From NCBI GenBank assembly GCA_001724265.1, contig MEDY01000149.1:1-64000 (forward strand): a DNA stretch of 64,000 nt, read 5' to 3'. The stretch is from Rhizaria sp. SCN 62-66. Its lineage: Eukaryota. The notes below the pieces were generated by a model. It ran no database searches and was not told the DNA's origin. It saw only the letters and a program-made list of their open reading frames with translations. Shown piece by piece: positions 12,301-20,800 of this stretch. The stretch's first letter is position 1; each line of letters begins with the position of its first letter. Made by a program: the position numbers and the translations under genes.

Positions 12301-14196
12301 CGCGCGGCTGCGTCGCGCCTGGCGGCGTTGGCCCCGCGCCCGCGCCGCTGCCGCTGCCCGCCGCGCTCGCCGCGCAGCACCCGGCGCTGGTCCCCGCGGC
12401 CGCGCTGGCCGAGGCCGACCCCGACTCGCTGCCCGCCGCGCTCTGCGGCTCCACTGCTGTCGTGAGCGGCAGCGGCGGCCGCGCTGGTGGTTGCGGGCGC
12501 GCTGTCCCGCGCCGCGCACGCTGCCGCCGCCGAGGCCGCCGCGAGCGCGCGCGCCGAGACTATCCTAGAGTGGCGCAGTGCGCGCGCGGCGTCGCTGCTG
12601 CAGAGCGCGCGCGCGCGGACGGCCGCCAAGGAGCGTCTCCGCGCGCATGACGCTGCACTGGCATCGCTCACGGCCGCGCTCGCCGCCGCGCCGCCACAGG
12701 GCCCGGCCGCGTTCGCCGACGAGGCGCCGCCGCCGCGCACGGGCGCGGGCCCCGCGGCTGGCGGCAGCGCGAGCGGCCTGAGCAGCTCCGCGAACGCGGT
12801 TGGCGCGGCCGGCAAGGGCAGCAACAGTGGCCCCAACGCCGCCGCTGCTGCCGCTGCTGCTGCTGCCGCCGCTGCCGCCGCCGCTGTTTCCGCGCAGCAC
12901 ATGCACCAGCAGCAGCAGCAGCAGTCGGCGGAGGCTTTCTCCGGCACCGGCACCTTCGGCCCCACCGGGCTCGGCGGCGCGCCCGGCATCGGCTCCCTCA
13001 CCTTCACGGCCACGGGCGCCGTCTCGGGCACTGCGGGCGGCGCCGGCGCTTCGTCCGCCGCCGCGCGCGCCGCCGCGGCCGCCATGGGCCTCGGACTGGA
13101 GCCGGTGAGTAAACCTGCGCTGTGCGCATACCTCGCGCGCCTGCAGACGGCGCTGGCCGAGGCCGTCAGCGGCGCCGCCGCGGTGCCCGACGCGGGCGCT
13201 GTCGACGGCGGCGGTGACGGCGACGGCGAGAGCAAGAGCGAGAGCGGGCCGCCGCTGTGGCGCGTGGCGGGGCCGGTGCGCGCCGCCGTCGCGCGTATTC
13301 ATCATCTGCTGCCGCAGGCCATTCTCGCACTCGTGGCGCCGGAGCCCGCGGCCGAGGACGCCGACGCCGCGGCCGCGGCCGTGGCCGCTAGTAGCGCGTC
13401 CGCCGCCGCTGCGGGCACCAACGCGGGTGCGGGCGCGGGCGAGGCGACGGGCCGCCGCAGTGGCAGCGGGCACCGGCGCGGCGCCGGCGGCGACAGCAGC
13501 GAGCGCAGCGCGAGCGCCAAGCGCCGCAACAGCAACGGCGCCGCCGCTGCCGCCGCCGCTGCTGCTGCTGCCGCCGCTGCCGCCGCTGCCGCCGCCGCCG
13601 CGGCCGCCGCGAGCGCCGAGGACGCGCCTGCCGTGTCGCCCGTGCCGGCAGCGGTGCTGGGCGCGCGCGGCGTGTTCCCGGCGTCGGCCGCGGAGGCGTG
13701 GGCACTGCAGACGCTGCCGACGATCCCCGTCGAGGCCATGTCCGCGCAGCGCGCCGACGTGCTGCGCGCGCTGGTGCGCCAGGCGCGCGCGCTGCCGGCG
13801 CCGCTGCAGACGCGGCTGCTCGCCATCGCGGTCGCGCGCGCCGAGCACCTGCTGGTGGGCTTCTACGCGCACGCCGTGCGGCTGCGCGTCGACGCCGCGC
13901 GCGAGGCCCCCGCCGCGGCCGCGGGCGGCAAGGGCGGCGTCAAGTGGGACGAGGTGCTCCAGCTTGTCGCCATCGCCAGCGCGCCCGAGCTCGAGGGCTA
14001 CGCGTCCGAGGAGCAGATGCAGACGCTGCTGCTTGCGCAGGCACTCGCCGAGGAGGCCGCGGTGGCCAAGACGGTCAAGGAGCCGGTCCGCAGGGGCGGC
14101 GCCAAGGGCGCTGCCGCCTCTGGCTCTGGTGCGGGCGCTGCAGCTGGCGCCGGCGGTGCAGGCTTTGGCAGTCCTGCCCCTAAGGTCAAGGTCTAA
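4340..14196 (+). CDS. ADGB: Androglobin-like / calpain-domain giant protein (~3280 aa) with three apparent frameshifts (~10828, ~11912, ~12466)
   Basis: N-terminal calpain-like motifs LFEDPDGIPALPPSL...W, GRYCVRLFVFGEFRAVTVDDLVP and EIWPMLLCKA. C-terminal motif WFVRV...EDELCAVKTAWEKAAPGRAKKAKAARERF. Both recall androglobin-family proteins. Coding bias moves through ORFs 4340, 9019, 11253 and 12487. Ends in TAA. Confidence 0.7.
13540..13612 (+). repeat. GCN trinucleotide run encoding a poly-Ala tract of over 20 residues (one of many in the window)
   Basis: gccgccgctgccgccgccgctgctgctgct... run; similar runs near 6343 and 10113. Confidence 0.85.
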
Positions 14197-14861
14197 GCAA
14201 TGCGCGAAGATATTAGATTGACGAAGCGCCACTTAGAAAAACCGCTCGTACACCTTTTTTATTAGAGTTTGTTGATGACGTACAGAGCGCTTTGGAGTGA
14301 CACTAAAGTGCACATGTGGCGTTTATCTACATTGGATATACTATTATTACGCACACTTAATCAGCTATACATACATATCACTTCTTTTCTTTTACAGCAA
14401 CTGCCTCTTGCCACTCGGCCATCAATCTTTGTAAAGCTGGGTTACGTGAGGATAAATGATAATTACAGGAGAATCAACATCACTTTACTGTTAGGTCACT
14501 TAAGTTTATGCATCAAAATCACATTTTTCAATAACGCTCAGTCGATGTGCTTTCCCTGGACTCCGCCCGTGTGCCCTCAATCGCAATGTCAACCGCTCTC
14601 GAGTGGCGGCATGGCGGGGGGTCGGGGTGTGTCCAGCGGATTCGGTCTGCGAAGGGAGTTATTGGACGCCATTTCTGGGCCATGGATCATATTGTTTAGA
14701 ACTGTACTCTGCACGAAAGACGTTTATTTATGACTAATTATTCGCTATTTATTTTCTGAACTTCTTACGACGCTGGAAAACTGCTCATATTGTGCGAAAC
14801 CCTATCACTCTCCTTTGCCCTCGTCACTCGCCCTAGGCAAGGCCTTCCTACCCGCGCGCCG

Positions 14862-17800
14862 ATGGAGGAAGTCTCTGTCGCGGACGCCCTGGCTGTCATG
14901 TGCACCGGGAGTCCCTTCTACATCTACGCTAACGGCACCAAGTCGCTGGTGAATCTGTTCTACGCGCGCGGCGACCCCGACGCGTTGGGCTCTGTGTTCT
15001 GGTGTGAGCCGAACAAGACGGAGCGCCACGACACGTGCAAGTTCCCGCTGCGTCTCCTCACCGACGTCTACGTCGGCAAGCAGACCGACTCTCTGCTCTC
15101 CATCCCGTCCTCCGCCGCGGCCGATGACGAGAACTGCCTCTCCCTCTGCTCTGACGTTCTCACACTCGACCTCGAGGCCGCCTCGGCCGCCGACGTCAAC
15201 TGCTGGCTCACCGGCGTCAACCACATCCTCTCCACCGACGGCGAGGGCATGGTCGAGGCCGTCGCCGGCGGCTCCGCTGTTTCCGGCGCGGCCGCCGAAG
15301 GCAGCGACAGCGAGGACGGCGGCGACAACGCGCAGGAGCTGCCCTCGCCGCAGCAATCACTCGAGCAGGCGCAGAAGTCTGCTGCCGCGCGCCGCTACAC
15401 CGTGCGCGGCCCCCCGCCTTCTGCGCTCGCCGACATTAAGGAGGAGGACGAGGACGGCGAGGAGGACGTTGCGGAGAATGACGAGGCCAACACCTCGGCC
15501 GTCTCCGCCTCCCCCGCTGCCGGCAAGTCTGCTTCCGCCGCCGCCGCCGCCGCCGCTGCCCCCGCGCTCGACCCGAACGACCCGCTCGCGGCGCTTAAGG
15601 CCGGCACCGTGATGGTGCAGTTTGAGGCTTCCGCAGGCGGGCTCCCGCCTTCCGCGCGCCCCGTCTTCGTGTGCTGGTCGCGCCCCGCCGGCCAGGCCCT
15701 AGGCAGTTTCTTCCTCGCACCCGCCAAAGTGCCGCTCTCGGCCGCGGCCCGCCGACCCTCGGCCGCGGCCGCCGGCGCGCGCGCCGCACCCCGCGCGGGC
15801 GACACGCTGGCGGCGCTGACCCCTGCCTCGCGCGCGCTGCTGCACTCGACGGCGCTGGCGGGCACCGCGCCCGGCTGCGTCGCCGTCGCGCTTGACACCA
15901 TGACCGACCTCTACCTCGGCACCGAGGCCCCGGACTTCGCCGAGTACGCTGCACTGGACCCCGAGGAGGCCTTCACCGTGGCCAACGCCGACGGGCGCTA
16001 CTCGTTCACGGCCGCCGACGCCGCCACGCTCGCCGGCTGGCTCGACGGCATCAACGCGCTGCTCTCCGAGACGGGCACCGCCGTGGTCGCCAATGAGCCC
16101 CAGCCCGAGCCATCGCCGCAGTCCGAGGCCAAGGCTGAGGCCAAGACCGATGCTGCGGAGGCCAAGCCCGAGGCGACTGCGTCCCCCGAGGCTGCTGCTG
16201 CCGCTGCCGCCACTGCGGCGACGCCCGAGACGGAGGCCAAGGCCGAGACCCCCAGAGAGGCGCAACCGCAGCGCCGCTACACTGTCAAACGCGGCGACGC
16301 CGCCGACGCCGCCGTTGCCGCCGCTGCCGCCGCTGCTGCTGCCGCCGCCCCTGCCGCCCCCGTCGCCGCCCCCGCCACGCCGGCCGCCCCCGTGCAGCCG
16401 CAGCAGGAGCTCGGTAGAGACATCTCGGTGCCGCGCGCGGCGCTTAACGGTGGCCTCGCCTTCACCTTCTACCCGGGCGCCGTCGCCGCCAAGATCTCCT
16501 ACGACGCCGAGCGCCGCGCGCTGACGGCGACGCCCGCCACCGCGGGCGCCACGCTGCCCGCCGCGGCCGGCACGGGCGTGTTGCCCGTGTCGTCGCTTGC
16601 GGACGTCTTCCTGGGATGCCAGCGGCCCGCGCTCGCCGAGGCCGGCGCCGACCGCGCAGCGTCCCTGTCGATCGTCGCCGCGGGCGGCAAGGTCGCCTGG
16701 GACGTGCAGGCCGCCAGCATCGAGGTCTTCTCTACCTTTATGGACGCGCTCTCCGACGTCATCGCCTCGTGTGGCCGCGTCGTAGCCAACAACAACAACG
16801 CCGCCACCGCCGCCACCGCCGCCGCCGCGTCTGCAGGCGTGGCCCCCGCGGCGGTGGTGGTGCCCGGCCAGACACCCGCGGGCCCGCCGCCCAAGGCGCG
16901 TGGCCCCAGCCGCCGCTTCAGCATCCAAGATCCCGCTGCCAACGCCGCCGCGCTCGCCGCGGCCAACACTGCGGGCGCCGCTCCCGAGGCCGGCGCCCCC
17001 GCTGCCGCCACTGCCGCTGCCGCTGCTGCCGCGCCCGCCGCGCCCGCCGCGCCCGCCGCGGCTGCGACCGCAGACGGCGAGGGCTGGGCCGAGGCGGACG
17101 CGAGCTCGCTGGCCGAGATGCTGCAGCGCGGCTCCCACTTCACGGGCTACGCGCAGCGCTCCGACGGCGTCGTCACCAACAAGGTCTGTCTCTTCTTCAT
17201 GCCGCGCGAGGAGCTGCTCGCGCTGGCGGCGTCGACGCCCGCCGCGGGCGACGCGGCCGCGATCAAGATGAAGAACGGCGTGGGCAAGGTGCGCGCGAGC
17301 ACGCTGGGCCGCCTGTGCTGGTGTGCGCCGAACCGCCGCGTGGCGATCAAGGACGCGTACATCGAGCTGGACGAAATCACCGACATCTATCTCGGCAAGC
17401 AGAGCCGGCTGCTGGCCTCTGCCGCCGCCAAGGCGTCCCCGCGCGACTGCTGCTTCACCGTGCTCTCGCGCTACGACCAGCTCGACCTGGCCGCGTCGTC
17501 GCCCGCGGTGCTCCAGGCCTGGCTCAAGGCGTTGCAGCGCGCCATCGTTGCCTCGGGCCGCCGCGTCGCCGCCGAGGCCGAGGTGCCGCGCGGCGAGCAG
17601 GAGGACCAGCGCCTCGTCAAGAAGAACGTCTCCAAGCGCTTCAGCGTCACCGCCACCAACTCCGCGGACGCCGCCGCTGCCGCTGCCGCCGCCACGGCCG
17701 CTGCTGCGGCCGCTCCGGCGCCCGCGCCCGCGCGCGCGGCGTCGGCGTCCGTCTCCGCGCCCGCCAAGACCGCCGCCGCTGCCAACCCCGGCCTGCGCCC

Positions 17801-20800
17801 GCTGTCGCAGTCCGTCTCCGGCCCCGCGACCGCGTCGGCCGCCGCGCCCGCGCCCGCCGCCGCATCGGCCGCCGCGACGGCGCTGGCGAACGACACGTCG
17901 CCCGTGCGGTTCATGTTGGAAGGCGCGGTGTTCTCGCGCTACTTCACGTTCCAGGGCAAACCGCAGACGCAGCGCGTGTACGTCTACTACGAGCCCCCCG
18001 CGGCGAACAACAAGGACCGCGCGGGCTTGCTTGTGTGGTGCGACGCCAAGGTCTATTCGCGCACCAACCGCCCCACGGGCGCTGCGCGCGCGACGCTGCC
18101 GCTGGCGCACCTGGCCGACGCGTACGTGGGCCGCTCCACGGCCTCCCTCAAGGCGCTGGTGGCCGAGAGCGAGGACGCGCGCACGTGTTTCACCTTCGTC
18201 GCCAAGGTTCCCGCGCCCGCGGGCGCGGCGGCGGGCACCGCGCCCACGCAGACGGTGCTGTCGCTGCGCGCTGACTCGCGCCCCGTCGTCGACAGCTGGG
18301 TCAAGGGCGTGCAGCACATCGTGGTCGGCTCCGGCAAGGCCGTCAGCAACGAGAAGCCCTCCGCCGCCGCAGAGGCCAAGGGCAAGTCCTCGCGCCGCTT
18401 CTCCGTTGCGCCCGCCGCGGCCGCCAGCGCCTCTGCGGCTGCCGCGGCGCCGGCGTCCGAGATGGGCACCGCGGCCCCCGGCCGCCGCTTCACCGTCAAG
18501 TCGGGCTCCGCCGACGCCGCCGCCGCCGCCGCGGCCGCCGCGGCCTCCGCGGGCGACTCCTCGGCGCTGTGGGCGCAGATCGCGGCTGACCCCAAGGTGG
18601 CCACGCTGCTCGAGGGCCTGACCGTGGCCGTGTACCGCTACGTGCAGAAGGACCAGCCCTCGCGCGGCGCCGCCGTGGACAAGGCGACGCTGTACCTGGG
18701 CGACGCCGTGGCCAAGGCGGGCGCCGTGTTCGTATGCGCGCACGGCATGAGCAAGGCCGATCGCGCGGCGCTGGAGCCCGCCAAGGTGGCCGCCATCGCG
18801 CGCGGCGACGCGCTGTGCCTGGCTGTGCAGGCGCTCACCGAGGTCGCCATCGGCCGCGAGGACGCCTTCTGGACGCTCGTCACGCCCAGCATCGCGGCCG
18901 ACCGTTGCCTCAAGCTCGCCACGCGCGGCCAGACGCTCTTCCTCGTCTTTGCCTCCGCTGAGGTGTGCTCCACTGCCGTCGACACGCTGCAGTACCTGTT
19001 CGAGCTCGCCGGCAAGAAGGTATTCCAGGACGAGACCACGGCCTCCACCGCCTCCACCGACGCCGCCGCGCCCGCCGCCGCCGCTGCCACCAGCGCGCCC
19101 GCGGCTGCGACCGGCAACAAGGGCGGCGCTCTGCGCAAGATGTCCATGCTCTCCGCGGTGCCCGCCCCGACGCTGCCCAACTCGGCCTTCAGCTCCATCT
19201 CGCAGGGCAGCCACTTCGTGTTGTACCCTTCGCCCGCGGCCGCGGCGGCCGGCGAGCGCCCGCGCGCCGTGTTCATGTTCTACTCCACCGAGGCCCACGG
19301 CGGCCGCGGCGCGCTCTTCTGGTCCGACTCGGCCGCCGGCAGCGCCACGGCCGCGACGGCCGCCACGGCCGAGGGTGCACGCTCGCTCCCGCTTGAGGCG
19401 CTGCGTGTGATCCTGCGCGGCAAGCAGACGCGTGCGCTGCGCAGCCGCGCCGCGGCCCGCGCGGGCGACGCTAAGTGCCTGTCGCTGCTGGCGTGCGCCG
19501 TGCCTGCGGACGCCGAAGGCGACGTCGACGCCGCGGCCGGCTTCGTGTGCGTCGACCTGGAGGCCGAGACGACGGCGCACGCGCTGGGCTGGCTCGACGG
19601 GCTCGCGCGCGTCGTTGGCCTCGCCACCGGCTCCGCTGCGGCTGCCGCCGCGCCTGCCGGTCGGCGCACGCTGCGCCGCGCTCCCGACGCCGACGCCGCT
19701 CACCAGCGCGACGTGGTGCTTGTGCAGTCCGCCGCTGCTGCCACCTCGGCCAACCCCAATGCCGACGCCGCGGACGACGCCGCACTGAGCCTGGACGCGC
19801 CCGCCGTGGCCGCCGCGCTGGCCGGCCTGCGCTGCACCGCGCTCTCGGTCTCGGGCGCCGACGGCAAGGCCGCCGCGCCCGGCGCGGGCGGCTTCGTGCG
19901 CGTTGAGCCCGGCTTCGGCCGCTACGGCGCGTTGTGCTTCGGCGCCGCGGCCGACGAGCTTGACTCGCAGATGCTGCTCGACTCGGTTAGACTCATCCAC
20001 TACGGCCCCGCACCCGAGCTCGCCGCCGCCGCCGCCGCTGCCGCCGCCGCCACCACGGACGCCGACGGCAGCTCGACGGACGCGACCGCGGGCGAAGACG
20101 CCGCCGTGACAGTGTATGGCGCGCGCGGCCGCCGCGTGGAGATGCGCTTCGCGGCGCGCGCACAGGCCACCGTGTTCCTGCAGGCTCTGGACCAGCTGCG
20201 CCTCGAGGGCGCGGCCGTGGCTCAGGCGCAGCGAGCGCGCGAGGACGCCGCCGAGGCCGCGTCCGTGTCGGCGAGAGGCGCTGGCGTCACCGACGGCGAC
20301 GCTGCTGCGACGCGCCCCGGCGCGGCGACGGCGGCGCTGCAGGCGCATGTGGCGCGAGCGGGCACTGTGATGGCGATCGGCCACGACCACGACACCGTGG
20401 TGGAGATCCTCGAGAAGGGCTCGCGCTTCACGCTTGTCTACGAGGACACCGACTCGGACGCAGAGGAGGACTCGGCGCTGCTGTCGCGGCCGATCACGCT
20501 GCAGTACACGGTCTACGTGCCGGGCCACCGCGGCGGCGGCCTGGTGCAACGCGATGCAAAGTCGGGCGTCGTCGTTGGCGCGCCCTTCCCCGTGGACTCC
20601 ATCACGGACATCGTCGTCGGCCAGTACTCGCCCACGCTCTCGACCTTGCTCGCGCACGCCTCGGCTTCGGCCGCCGCGCCCGCCGCGCCCGTTGACGCCA
20701 CGCGCGCGCTCTGCATCCTCGGCGCGGACCGCGAGCTCAACCTGCTCTGCAACAGCGCAGAGGAGCGCGCGCTCTGGCTCCTCGGCCTTAAGGCCCTGCT

